Positions 50,501 through 63,460 are shown, numbered from the stretch's first letter. The stretch: 64,000 nt of DNA from Takakia lepidozioides (GCA_030704615.1 CM060734.1:6634001-6698000); one strand, 5' to 3'. Numbers and translations: made by a program. Notes: a model not told the origin generated them from the sequence alone.

Positions 50501-53500
50501 ATGAGGAGAAGATCGCGTGCAGGACAAGGTATGGTTCATATGAGTTCTTGGTGATGCCTTTTGGGCTCACTAATGCACCGGCGACCTTTAGCACGCTGAT
50601 GAACAGCCTTTTTCAGGAGTGGTTGGATGACTTTGTGATCGTGTACATCGACGACATCTTGGTGTACTCGAAAACAAAGGAGGACCACCTGGAGCACCTC
50701 AAAAGGGTGTTCCAAAAGTTGCGAGAAGGGAAGCTGTATGCCAAAGCTTCAAAGTGCGAATTCGGGGTCACGAAAGTGGAGTTCTTGGGGCATGTGATTA
50801 CACAGGATGGGATCAAAATGGATGACAGAAAGGTGAGGGCGATCTTGGACTGGGAGCCTCCGACTTCGGTCCCGGGAGTGCGTTCCTTCCTAGGACTCGC
50901 CTCCTATTACCGGAAGTATGTGAGAAATTTTGCCAAGATTGCGGGGCCGCTGTCGGACCTTCTGTGTAAATCTAAAGTCTGGGCATGGAACGCCTTTTGT
51001 GGCCAAGCTTTTGCTGAATTGAAGCAGCGGATGGCGGAAGCTCCAGTCTTGAAAATCCCGGAGTTCGATCGTCCGTTCGAGATACATACAGATGCGTCGG
51101 ACTTCGCGATTGGGGGTGTACTGATGCAAGATGGACGTCCAGTGGCTTACGAAAGTAAGAAACTGAATGAAGTGGAGCGACGGTGGCCGACGCACGAAAA
51201 AGAGATGAAGGCGGTGGTGCACTGTCTTGAGCTTTGGCGCCACTATGTTGGTTCCAACCCAGTGAAGGTGTTCACGGACAATGTCACGGTGAAGTATTTT
51301 GCCACGCAGCCCAAGTTGTCCCCAAAACAACTTAGGTGGCAAGATACTTTGGCGGTGTTCGACGTGGATATCCAGTACAAACCGAGACGAGACAACGTGG
51401 TGGCCGATGCTTTAAGTAGAAAGCAGCAGCTCTTGTTGGGATACAAGGGCGAGACGGCGCTCCAAAGGAAGATCCGGAAGGCTTGCCGGAAGGATGAGCT
51501 GGCGAAGTCCGTGATGCAGGACTTGAGGATGGGGGTTAAATCGCAGTTCCACTTGCAAAATGGACTGCTCCGGTATAAGCAAAAATGTCTCTACGTGCCG
51601 AAGGGAGGGATCAGAGATAGCCTCTTGAGAGAATGCCATGATAGCCCGCTTGCGGGCCACGGCGGAGCCAAGCGCACTGCGGCACTTTTGAAGAAAGAGT
51701 ATTTCTGGCCCAAACTGAGGGAGGAGGCAGAGGAGTATGTCAAGACATGCACCACATGCCAACAAAACCGGAGTGAGTACAAAAAGCAAGCGGGGCTGTT
51801 ACAACCCTTGCCGATTCCAGAGGGGACTTGGGAAAGCATATCGATGGATTTCATGACTGCTATGCCGCTGTCAAAAGGATTCGATGCAATCATGGTGGTG
51901 GTAGATAGGTTCAATAAAATGGGCCATTTCATCCCCACCAAGGAGACGGCAACGGCGTAGGAGACAGGGCGACTTTACTTCGCCCACGTCTTAAAGCATC
52001 ATGGAGTCCCGAAGGATGTTGTCTCGGACCGCGATCCAAAGTTTACAAGTAAATTCTGGAGAGCACTTTGGAAGAAGATGGGGACAAGGCTGAAGATGAG
52101 CACCGCCTTCCGACCTACGACCTACGGCCAAACAGAAAGGGTGAATTCCGTAGTGAAGCAGATCTTGCGGAATTACGTGTCGGCAGACCAAACAGACTGG
52201 GTGGAACACTTAGACGCGGCAGAGTTCTGTTATAATAACACAAAACACTCCGCAACGGGAGTTTCCCCTTTCGTATTGGTCTATGGAAAAGCACCTCTGG
52301 TGCCGACAAGTTGGGCCGCCCAGGACGTTGAGGAACCGGCAGTAGCGGCGGTACTGGAAGAACGCGAGCGTTTGTTGAAGCTCGCAAAGTACAACATTGC
52401 CAAAGCCAGGAAACGGTATGAAAGGCAGGCGAATCGGAAGCGGAGGGAAGTGAAGTTTGAGGCAAGCACAGAGGTCTGGTTGAACATCAAGAATTTCCGA
52501 CTACCTCCGGAAGTGAGTCCGAAGTTCGTACCCCCGTATGCGGGACCCTTTGGCATTCGGAAGGTTATGAATGAGGATGTGTATGAATTGGAGCTGCCGG
52601 CAAACAGCAAGGTGCACCCAGTATTCCATGTCTCCCTTTTGAAGCCTTACTTCAAAGATGAAGCGCGTCCGAATCGACATCAAGTATTGCGTCCGCCACC
52701 TATGCTGTTGGATCATGAAAATGAACCTGAGTACGAGGTGGAGGCACTATAATCGTGTAGCCTCGGGACGAAGTCGTAGTGCGGCTTCGGCGTGTTCCCG
52801 TACCTCAGGCCAGCATTCCAAGGCGGACCCAATTGTAGTGATTGAGGCGCACGGTTGGTTCAAGGTTATCTTCCTAGTCAAAGAGGGTTCCAGGGAACCC
52901 TTGCTCAAGGTGATGCCAAAAGCGGCATCATGAGCGATCGCAAGCAATGTTGTTGCAGTAAGGCGATTCGATCCTCGGGGAGGATCGTTCCTTGGCCTTG
53001 AAGTAGGCCAAGAAGAGTGCACTGGGAGGAGCTGGAGAGGCTCCACCCTTGGCCGGGACTTGGACGAAGTCGGCCGAACTAGCTAGTGGAGAGTCGAGTC
53101 AAGTGTGGGGTTTGGTTCTTTGCCATGGGACGCCATGGTGTGAAAACAAACTCCTTGATGTGGGACGCCACAACTTGGATGTTCGTTTCTACAAAATGGA
53201 CAAGTCGATGAGGACATCGACTCCCTGTTAATAGGGGTGTGTGTCGCGGCCCTTTGCCTTGAGGGCAGGGGGTCGGGACACATGAGGGGCTGCCCCTGTA
53301 GTGGGGGCATCGGCAGCGATAGGTATGGGGGGCTGAAGCACCCTTGAGTGCCCAAGGCACTCAAGGAGGCGGAGGCGCTCACTAGGTGGAGCCCCACACA
53401 CCGGGTTGCGGTGGGGGGTGGCTCCACAAGGGGTGGTGGTAGCTTAGCGGAACTTAGTGGGGGTGGCATAGGCCTCACCATGGGGGCGGAGACCTCGTGG

Positions 53501-53968
53501 TGGGAGTCGTGGGGAGTCTTGGGACTCATCACGGTCCATAGGGGCCGTGATGAGTGGGCCAAAACTCACCGCGACTCATCACCGGGAGTCGAGGGTTTTC
53601 GTGTTGGTTCGCCATAAAATGGCATGGCTGGTTATGAAACCCCCGCGGACAGCTACAGAAGTATATATAGGGAGTAGTAACCCCGAGAACGGTGCAAGCC
53701 CGTTGGTGACCAAAAACTAGTGAGTAAGCGAGCGAGCCGGAGAGCGACCAAAGAGTGGGGAGCTGTTCCAGACTGCCATCTACCAAAGGGAATTCTCCTA
53801 GTCCCAAACATGTGGAGGATTTAGAGGGAAGCAAAGGGGGACCGTTATGTCCCGGTGAGCAGCCGAAGCTCCAAGTTGGCCCAGGAGGCCAGGTTGGGAG
53901 TCAGGCGCGCACATCAAAGCGAGTAACTATGACTTGAAGGGGAGCTTACCGAAGTGAGGTGCACGACA
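47572..53968 (+). mobile_element. Chromovirus copy 2, near full length
   Basis: LTRs 47572-48293 and 53242-53968. TSD GAATC at 47567-47571 and 53969-53973. PBS TGGTATCAGAGC (initiator Met tRNA type) at 48296-48307. Confidence 0.95.
48331..52752 (+). pseudogene. Gag-pol polyprotein of chromovirus copy 2
   Basis: Gag, [14 protein letters not shown] knuckle, LVDTGASH protease, YIDD RT, TDASD RNase H, HHCC and DDE integrase, GPF motif. Interruptions at ~48841 and 51958. The chromodomain is deleted after EYEVEA (~52747). Confidence 0.93.
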
Positions 53969-56900
53969 GAATCGCCTTACTGCAACAACATTGCTTGCGA
54001 TCGCTCATAATGCCGCTTTTTGGCATCACCTTGTGCAAGGGTTCACCTTGAACCCTTTTTGACTAAGAAGATAACCTTGAACCAATCGCGCGCCCCAATC
54101 ACTACAATTGGGTCCGCCTTGGAATACTGGCCTGAGGTACGGGAACACACCGAAGCCGCACTACGACTTCGTCCCGAGGTTACACGATTATAGTACGTGA
54201 ACGGAAGCACGTAGCTTCCGCGTTAATCCGCACTACAAGACAACCCCCTCGGTAGCGCAATTCTAGTACGCGCACACGCCAGGTGCGCACTAGCACGTGA
54301 ACTCCCAAAGAAAGCGCAAGTTTCTTTGCCCCTTAGATGGGAGTCACCCGATTTCGGCACTGCGCAAACACACAATTAATCCAATTTACCTCTCCCACTT
54401 TTGTAAGCTAGCATGCATTCTACACACTAGCCAACCATACCATGCATCACCATTCCAAACAAAATAGGAAGCACAACATTTGGAAACCATTTCATTTATA
54501 AACAAAATTTGTGCAACACAAGTTTTTGCAATCGGATTCCTGAGCTAGCTAAGCCGGACTAAGCATGCATTTCCTCCCCCACGATCCAAGGTTGATGTCC
54601 CCATCAACGCTTCTTCCGCTTTTGAGGTCGCCCTTCGAAAAGCTGCAACCGCCTCGGATGCGTTTCTCATTTCTGAGGCACGCACCCAAGTTGCCTCCAC
54701 TTGATGATAGCCCTTCCATTTCACGAGATACTCCGTTTCTCGATTCTTGAACCTCCTCGACTTAAGCACTGCCTCCACCTCGTACTCAGGTTCATTTTCA
54801 TGATCCAACAGCACAGGTGGCGGACGCAACACTTGATGCCGATTCGGACGCGCTTCATCTTTGAAGTAAGGCTTCAAAAGGGAGACGTGGAATACCGGAT
54901 GCACCTTGCTGTTTGCCGGCAGCTCCAATTCATACACATCCTCATTCATAACCTTCCGGATGCGAAAGGGCCCCGCATACGGAGGTACGAACTTCGGACT
55001 CACTTCCGGAGGTAGTCAAAAATTCTTGATGTTCAACCAGACCTCCGTGCCTGCCTCAAACTTAATTTCCCTCCGCTTCCGATTCGCCTGCCGTTCATAC
55101 CGTTTCCTAGCTTTGGCAATGTTGTACTTTGCGAGCTCCAACAAACGCTCGCGTTCTTCCAGCACCGCTGCTGTTGCCAGTTCCTCAACGTCATGGGCGG
55201 CCCAACTTGTCGGCACCAGAGGTGCTTTTCCATAGACCAATACGAAAGGGGAAACTCCCGTTGCGGAGTGTTTTGTGTTATTATAACAGAACTCTGCCAC
55301 ATCCAAGTGCTCCACCCAGTCTGATTGGTCTGCCGACACATAATTCCACAAGATCTGCTTCACCACGGAATTCACTCTTTCCGTTTGGCCATCCGTCGTA
55401 GGTCGGAAGGCGGTGCTCATCTTGAGCCTCGTCCCCATTTTCTTCCAAAATGCCCTCCAAAATTTACTTGTAAACTTTGGATCGCGGTCCGAGACAATAT
55501 CCTTCGGAAGTCCATGATGCTTGAAGACGTGGGCGAAGTAAAGTCGCCCCGTCTCCTTGGTGGGAATGAAATGGCCCATTTTACTGAACCTATCCACCAC
55601 CACCATGATTGCATCAAATCCTTTTGATAGCGGCATAGCAGTCATGAAATCCATCAAGACACTTTCCCACAACCCATCTGGAATCGGCAAGGGTTGTAAC
55701 AGCCCCGCTTGCTTTTTGTACTCGCTCCGGTTTTGTTGGCATGTGGTGCATGTCTTGACATACTCCTCGGCCTCCTCCCTCAGTTTGGGCCAGAAATACT
55801 CTTTCTTCAAGAGTGTCGCGGTGCGCTTGGCTCCGCCATGGCTCGCAAGCGGGCCATCGTGACATTCTCTCAAGAGACTATCTCTGATCCCTCCTTTTGG
55901 CACATAGAGACGCTTTTGCTTGTACCAGAGCAGTCCATTGTGCAAGTGGATCTGCGATTTAACCCCCATCCTCAAGCCCCGCATCACGGACTTCGCCATC
56001 TCATCCTTCCGGTAAGCCTTCCGGATCTTCCTTTGGAGCGCCGTCTCGCCCTTGTACACCAACATGAGCTGCTGCTTTCTACTTAAAGCATCGGCCACCA
56101 CATTGTCCCATCCCGGTTTGTACTGGATATCCACGTCGAACACTGCCAAAGTGTCTTGCCACCTAAGTTGTTTTGGGGACAACTTAGGCTGCGTGGCAAA
56201 ATACTTCACTGTGACATTGTCCGTGAACACCTTCACCGGGTTGGAACCAACATAGTGGCGCCAAAGCTCAAGGCAATGCACCACCGCCTTCATTTCTTTC
56301 TCGTGCGTAGGCCACCGTCGCTCCACTTCATTCAGTTTCTTACTTTCGTAAGCCACTGGACGTCCGTCATGCATGAGCACACCCCAATTGTGAAGTCCGA
56401 CGCATCTGCATGAATCTCAAATGGACAGTCGAACTCCGGGATTTTCAGGACTGAAGCTTCCGCCATCCGCTGCTTCAACTCGGCAAAAGCTTGGCCACAA
56501 AAGGTGTTCCATACCCATACCTTGGACTTACACAGAAGGTCTGACACCGGCCCCGCGATCTTGGCAAAATTTCTCACATACTTTCGGTAGTAGGAGGCGA
56601 GTCCTAGGAAGGATCGCACTCCCGGGACCAAAGTCGGAGGCTCCCAATCCAAGATCGCCCTCAGCTTTTTGTCATCCATTTTGATCTCATCTTGTGTAAT
56701 CACATGTCCTAGGAACTCCACTTTTGTGACCCCGAATTTGCACTTTGAAGCTTTGGCATATAGCTTCCCTTCCCGCAATTTTCTGGAACACCCTTTTGAG
56801 GTGCTCCAAGTGCTCTTCATTTGTTTTCGAGTACACCAAGATGTCGTCGATGTACACGATCACAAAGTCAACCAACCACCCCTGGAAAAGACTATTCATA

Positions 56901-57934
56901 AGTGTGCTAAAGGTCGCGGGTGCGTTGGTGAGCCCAAAAGGCATCACCAAGAACTCATATGAACCATATCTTGTCCTGCACGCGGTCTTCTCCTCATCTC
57001 CTTCCACCACTCGGATTTGATGGTAACCTGAACGCAAATCGATCCGGCTGAAATACTTTGCTCCTGCCAACCGATCGAAAAGGTCGTCGATCCTTGGCAA
57101 AGGGTACGGTTTTTTATAGTCGAAGGAGGTTGGGAAATGTTTTTTAAATTCTATATTGAAACTCCAAAGTTTAAATTCCTTGTCATGGTTGCCCTGTAAT
57201 CGACACACATTTGCAACGTCCCATCTTTCTTGTCTGCGAATAGCACCGGGGCTCCGTAAGGTGACTTACTCGGCCGGATGTACCCCTTTGACATTAGATC
57301 CTTGAGTTGGGCCTTCAGCTCGACCAACTCTTTGTGGCTCAACTGGTAGGGTGCCTTGGTAGGCGGCTCCGATCCCGGTATCACCTCTATCTTGTGGTCA
57401 ACTCCTCTTCGCGGTGGCAAGCCGCTTGATAAATCCTCCGGCATCACATCCTGGTATTTCTCCAGGATCCCCTTGATCCAATCTGGGCTCAGCTCCCTGT
57501 CGACTTCTCCTTCTACTTGTCTTACGTAAAGCAAAAACTGGGGCTCGTGTGGCTCCTCCACGGCCCACTCCTTTGCTGATAGAGTGTTTATTTGCCCTCC
57601 CACTCGGTTGGGCGTTTTTGATACCCGTAAAACTTCGCCACCATTCCCATATGGTAGCGTGACTATTCTCTTACGGCCATCTATGACCGCTCCGGATTTG
57701 CTCAAAAAGGTCATCCCCAAAATGAGATCCACTCCATCGATATCGCAAATGGTGAAGTTCTTACGTCCCTCCCAACCCCCGAGCTGAAGAGGAACATCGA
57801 ACGCCAACCTTGTCGCCAGTTGCAGTTCTCCTTTAGCTGAACGCACTTCAATAGAGACCCCCACATCACTTGTCGAGAGCCCCAGCTTCCGTGCCGTTGC
57901 CGGTGTCATGAAGGAGTGCAACGCTCCTCTGTCC

Positions 57935-58622
57935 GGGGGCTGCTATTTCATGAGCCATGAGCCATGAGCGACATGAGCCATGAGCAGAGTCGTAAGTGTC
58001 GAAAAAAACATGAGCAGGACTATTTTCCGGAAATGAGTGTCCGCGGGAATAGGGTTGAGGGTGTCACGGTCATAGGGGGAGAAGGACCTCCCGATGAAGG
58101 AGGTTCGGCAATGTTTTTTAGAATTACATATTGAAAAGGCAATGTTTCGCGAATGGTAGGGTGGTACTACTCTGTACAATGGGGGCCCATTTCAGTCTAC
58201 CATCCACTTGCAAAATCCACCCCCACTCCCAATCCCAAACGAAATGAGGAATGATGCATTTTGGGAACGATGGATACAAAATAGAACAAAAAAGAGGGCA
58301 CAATGGGGTTTTTATTGATCCACATGAATTGCATTTGAAGCACGTCTACTGTGCTTATGGTGCAAACAAATCTATAGCCCTGTGCCTTCTGAATACAAGT
58401 CACGTTGTCAACGGGACTTCGATTGCTCTGAAAACTAGCTCATGAGTCATCGGGCTCCTCCAGGTAAACTGGATTGCAGCCGTTGTACCGCCCCTGTTGA
58501 TGTTCACCACAATGTCGTGCCCTTTAATCATACCACCATCGAATATGGAAAGCTTCACGTTTTCGTCGTCCACACCAATGCGAATGTCCCCATACAATGG
58601 AAAAGAGGAGTGCACTCCTTCA
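57935..58622 (+). mobile_element. Orphan intact left end of a B-subfamily MULE (element C), including the 3' part of unknown paralog 1
   Basis: Starts GGGGGCTGCTATTTCATGAGCCATGAGCC. ~57976-58622 matches 10764-11410. ORF 58400-58615 matches the C-terminus of 11188-11901. Confidence 0.9.
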
Positions 58623-59070
58623 TGATGTCAAGTTAAATAAACACAATGTGAAACTAACTAGAATAAATCTAGTTATTTGTATTTAACACTTGGAATTAGT
58701 TCAAGTGTTAAGTCAGGTGTCAAGTTTAGCTTGATACCTGAACCATCTTATCTTCACGAGCTCGTCAGTCGTGCGGCTCATCTCTCTCGAGTTGAGCCTG
58801 CACGACCGAGCTCCCTCGCTGCTTAGCATCTGAGTGTACTTATGGAGGGAGAGTAGGATGTTGTGGGGTGGAGTCCCCATAGCTTGGGGTGCCTCTGGCT
58901 CGACTCTTATTTTAACGAGTGATTGTATTGTATTTTGTGTTTTGTGTCAACAAAGACAGTGTGAGTTTAGTTTTCATATCACTCGAGAGAGATCACGCTA
59001 TCTAGTTTTCTAGTGCTAAGCTAGATATGATGTTTGTTTTAGCACTATTATAATATAACTTGGTATTATA
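58623..59070 (+). mobile_element. Possible short LTR followed by a degenerate Met-type PBS
   Basis: Begins TG exactly where homology to element B stops. Ends before TTGGTATTATA, which resembles TTGGTATCAGA. No partner LTR or TSD seen. Confidence 0.3.
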
Positions 59071-59086
59071 TAGGTCTGTGAATAAT

Positions 59087-59954
59087 TTAGCTGAGTGTTT
59101 AACCATTCCGGAGTGGCAGAAAGCTATTAAGCTTGCGGCGGATACTTCACTTGCAGTTACTGCTAGCAGATCTTGCTGGAGTCACGCGTTTAGTAGAGAG
59201 CTTGCTCAGGCTACTGGGGATGAATGCTGCCTGATTGATTCGTCAAGTAACGACGGGTTAGAGGTTAGCTCTTTTTCGTGCCTAGATTCTTCTACAGCGA
59301 TCCTGTCATCGTCTCAGGGCTGCCCGTGTGGAGTGGAGACGAAGGGCTTTGCCGTGGGTGACTCCAAGCCGACCCGTTTTTTTGGATTGTAAGTGTCTGC
59401 CTGTCTCAAATTTCGTGGAACCCAGGATGCAGCCAGTGAAGAGCAAAGGTGGTGTTAGGAAGAGGTTAGCCAGTTTTCGGGCATACCATCACATTGCGTC
59501 GTCTGATTGCAGCGGGAAAGAGGGTTATTGGCAAGTCACTAGAAAGCCTGTACTGGTGGCCAATTTTAAAAGGCTCGCAGGGAGTTCTAGAAGGATTTTG
59601 TACAAGAATTCACGCCTCTACAACGCATCAAACAGGAGACTCAGGGCACTCCACAAATCTGTGGGGATCAAAACTGTAAGATCTCTGAAGAACTTCCACA
59701 GATTCGGATCTGATGCCAATCGTGGTGTGAACGCTCGGGTCAGTGATACTCGCATCATGGATCTACAAAAGCTTATTCCTGGTAGAACAAGTATGGACAC
59801 TCCCATTTTGCTGGAGGAGACCGCTGATTATTTGATGTTCCTGGAGCTTCAGGTGCAGGCCCTGCAATCGCTGGCTAACAAGATTGATTTACAAGCAAAA
59901 CCTGCCGGGCAATCTGCCGAGAGCCTCATCTGCTTCTCGGAGGGGTTTCCGTAA
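59087..59954 (+). pseudogene. IBH1/AIF-like atypical bHLH gene fragment, apparently 5' truncated and frameshifted
   Basis: KAIKLAADTSLAVTASRSCWSHAF (frame of 59060-59392) and RIMDLQKLIPGRTSMDTPILLEETADYLMFLELQVQALQSL (59328-59954) are the two conserved blocks of the plant IBH1-like family, here in different frames. Confidence 0.75.
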
Positions 59955-60829
59955 ATGCCCAGCTTGCGCCCAGCCTTGTCTCAGTACGAAGGCGGCTATA
60001 GTGGTCAAGTCGCACGTTCTGAGTTGTGGCTCCAGGCATTGGTGAACCGTGAAATGAAGGTGGAGCCTGAGAATGTGAGCCCTGGAGCTACAATGGTGTT
60101 ACATTTCTAGTGGGAGGTATAATTTGTAGATGTGGATCTCTAGTGAGGGTGAAAGCAAAGGAGACAGTGAACCACACCGCGAGCAGTGAATGGAGGTGTT
60201 TCGGATCATGCTTGAATGCACAGCTGCATCTCAGATTTACCCTCTTGTGTTTCGGCTTCCATCTGGGACAAGGCAGTAGACAGGGGATCCATCTCATACA
60301 ACAACGATAGGTGGCCCATTGATCGCAACAGCTTCAACAAGGTGTTATTATTCTGACACTTGGAACTTGGCATACCAATGAAGACATTACCTTTATCATG
60401 GTAGTTCCAGTCTTGATTGAGTTGAAAAATCTAAGATCGTCATATTTCAGATATGAGCCTGGCATGAGTCCAAGGAATTCTTAGGGAACCTGCAGTGAAT
60501 CGCAAAAAACGTGGAAACATGGAACCAAAGGAAACCAATTGAAAATAGTTTTTCCTTGTATTTGTTTCTATTTAAGGTCATATATTATATTTACAGAGCC
60601 TCTTTGGCCATATTTTTGTCATATGAGCCCCGTTTGACACAGTTTTTGAGGGGATAGTTGTAGAAAGGGGAAATCTACATATTCTACATATTTTAGTTTT
60701 TTGGACTTTGCTAAAAATCTATGGAATTTTTTGAGTGTGAGTGTGAGTGTGCTATGAAAGATCTACAATTCTGTTTCTAGAACCTGTTGTGATCTACATA
60801 AGAGACAAATCTGTGGATGTCCTCCTTGT

Positions 60830-61573
60830 ATGGCTAGGGGAAATGAGGACGTAATTGAAGGGTAGGTCTCTTCTCTTAGCCTGTGCACACAAGGGGACAA
60901 GATTTATGTTTCTCAAGGAACTCAGACTGATGTGAATGGAGAGCAGTTGGACGAGTTGATTGCATACTGGGAGTCAGGCATTAGCAATAGACAACAAACT
61001 GCAGTACTTGGCGTTGAGGGCCTCAATATTGCTTTGGATAGCCAGAACTCTGTTGGAGCAAGCAGTTCTGCAGCTGTAGAAATACCAAAGTGGGTGGAAG
61101 CTAGGCTTGGAACACAGCCAAAGATAGCCCCGGGGACCAAGGTGTTCAGCCACAAGGTCGTGGTGTACTGGAGCAGAGGAGCAGGAGCTACACAAGTTTG
61201 TGCAATCAGACATGGTTGCAGCTGGACACGCTCTGCACAGGGCAACCACGAGCGGGGGTTCATTAGCAATGAAAAGTTTGTTCTGCTTGATGGAGATGCA
61301 GTCATTTGCAACGAGGACACCCGCAACCGTCTCAAAGCTTTCGAGTTGAGAGACTGTCAGACCCTACCTGGCTTTTCTTTAGTATTCAGTGAGCGGGAGA
61401 TAAGGGAGTATTGCTTTGTCTCTACCTGGCAGAGAGAGGAGGGTTGGTTAGAGCGAGCTACTGTAGCTTGGGATAAGGTTAGTGGCAGGTTTCTGGACAT
61501 AAATATACCTCATACACCTTACCATCATGCAGAGCGAGGCACTTTGAGAGAAGTCTGGCAGTTGATAGCATAG
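60830..61573 (+). pseudogene. Unknown ~247-codon ORF upstream of gag, with one in-frame TAG (60863-60865)
   Basis: The ATG at 60830 is in frame with ORF 60932-61573. Composition is protein-like but no motif was recognised. Confidence 0.45.
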
Positions 61574-62116
61574 ATCAGGATTAGATCTTGCTTGGTCGGG
61601 CCTCTATTCTTCCCCTCCTTCTCTTTACTATTTTCATTACTTTGTACTTGTAGTTGCCAAAGCCTCTCTTGGTGGAGGCCAGTTAGTCCGGGGTTTTTGG
61701 GCTGAGATATTCTGCAGGATCAGCACTGCAGATGGATTTTGGTGTGGGGGTGTTGATGTTTTGATTTCTTGTGTTTGGATCCCTCCCAACATCTGCATGC
61801 TTGACTGTGCGCCATGTTGGTTTTGTGTGGGCGCTTGCTTTCATAGGGATTAGGCCGGATTTGATCACCGGTCAATCCTAGAGTATGCTGTCGGTGGTGA
61901 GGCTGGAGTGATGACCAGCAAGACCACCAGTGTTTCTTCTATGGTGAGACTGGGTTGATGACCAGCCAACCATAGGAGTTCTTGCGGTGGATGCAGGTGT
62001 AGGTGCCGTGAGCCACTGGGATATGACCCTTAAATTGCAACAGGTGCCCACCCGTGTCACTATTAGAATTAGTACTAGAGCCTTATAGTGTCACGTAGGG
62101 GAGGTGCACGTTGTGA

Positions 62117-63460
62117 GTGTCATCACGGAGTTACCCAAGGGTTTTCAGTACGGCTACAGGCAGTAGCAGTGAGAGTGGGTTCACAAGACGAGGTATTCGG
62201 TTCAGACCACCTTCACCTCCACCCTCGACTACTGTAGAGTCTGACACAGACCCGGAGGCTTCATCAACAGGTGTGCAGTTTTCTTCGCCATTATTGTGGG
62301 ACGACATGGAGGAAATGTATGGAGCTACCAAGGGGCCTCGTAGGTACTCTGGAGCTGTGGGCACAATCGAGCTGGATGACTTTATCTAGGAGTTCGACAG
62401 CTGGTGTGATTTGCAGTAGATGCGCAATCCACAGCTGTTCACCCCATTCATGGCGTGGAAGGGATTGTTCCAGCATTTGGAAGGCCCGCCTATAGACGAT
62501 TACCACGAGTTTAGGCGAGGACATGAAGCAGAGATTGAGGAGTGGAGGATGTATTGGTCACCTGACTACGTCTCCATTACTCGAGGCACAATGTGACCAG
62601 TAGCGGCATCAGCACCAATATCTCCCACGGCCAGCACTAGTAGTGGAACAAGTAGTGCCGGTACTTCTGCAGAAGGTGCTACTACTCCTCCTGCCACGAC
62701 TACAACACATGTGCCTAGATTCAGCCCGGTGGTGGAGTTCTTCCAGGAGTTGCGGAGGAACTACCAAGGCGTACGGACAGAGAAGCTGCGAAGTTTGCAA
62801 GACTTCCAGTGCAAATCCAGTGAGAGCTTGCGAGAGGCCTACACTCATATGAGGCGCTTGATAAGTGTGACCCAAGGGGTTACTGAAGCTCAGGCAGTCC
62901 AGTTCTAGTATGGAATTTTGGACAAGGAGCTCAGGAGAAGGGTGCGGGATGCAACCCTGTTACAAGCGGCCCAACCCACATTAGCAGATGTGTTTCTGCT
63001 GGCTGAGCGGATTGAGCTCAACATGGTGGAGGAGCGAGTTGTTACCATTGGATTTGGCAAGGACATGCCTGCACGAGGCGCAGCTGCCAGCCAACAGGTA
63101 TAAGGGACTGCCCAATAGCGTGGTCAGGGGGGCAAGGTTGCCCAACCCAAATTCCATGGAGCTTACAGGGGACCTCAGGTGCAGAGGCCAGTAGCTTCTT
63201 TTGCAGGCCAACAGCAACCAGGGGTGGTATGTTGGACATGTGGAGGACCCCATGTCAAGAAAGATTGCCCAGAAAGTGACAAAGGGCTGGCACAAGCACA
63301 ACTTGCACAATTGCAGTGTGGGCATTGTGGCAAGTATGGGCATGGAGATGCCCAGTGTTATGACTTGCACCCTGAGTTGCGGCGAGGCCAGTTCTAAGGG
63401 AACAATGGTGGCCGAGGGCAAGGTGGAGCACCTCAGAGAGGACGAGGTGCAGGACGAGGG
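62117..63460 (+). pseudogene. Retrotransposon gag pseudogene
   Basis: RRYSGAVGTIELDDFI, FFQELRRNYQG..LQDFQCKSSESLREAYTHMRRL, and knuckles CWTCGGPHVKKDC and CGHCGKYGHGDAQC. Several in-frame TAG stops. Confidence 0.8.

Larger units (their letters stand above)
46580..57934 (-). mobile_element. Chromovirus copy 3 (minus strand): 3' LTR 46580-47295, internal 47296-47571 and 53969-57934; 5' part lost at a MULE end; hosts copy 2
   Basis: The LTR is the reverse complement of the family LTR. ORFs 57151-57921 (protease/RT), 56687-57208, 56332-56820, 55016-56380 (RNase H, integrase) and 54545-55003 (chromodomain). Confidence 0.92.

Noticed and set aside
60836-60850. AGGGGAAA-TGAGG as a polypurine tract and LTR start
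   Set aside because: It reads in frame as the start of ORF 60830-61573, and no matching LTR is visible.
63255-63460. C-terminal part of ORF 63255-63992 as methyltransferase sequence
   Set aside because: After ..RSPLAV it is the antisense reading of the gag zinc-knuckle region; motifs IX and X are absent.
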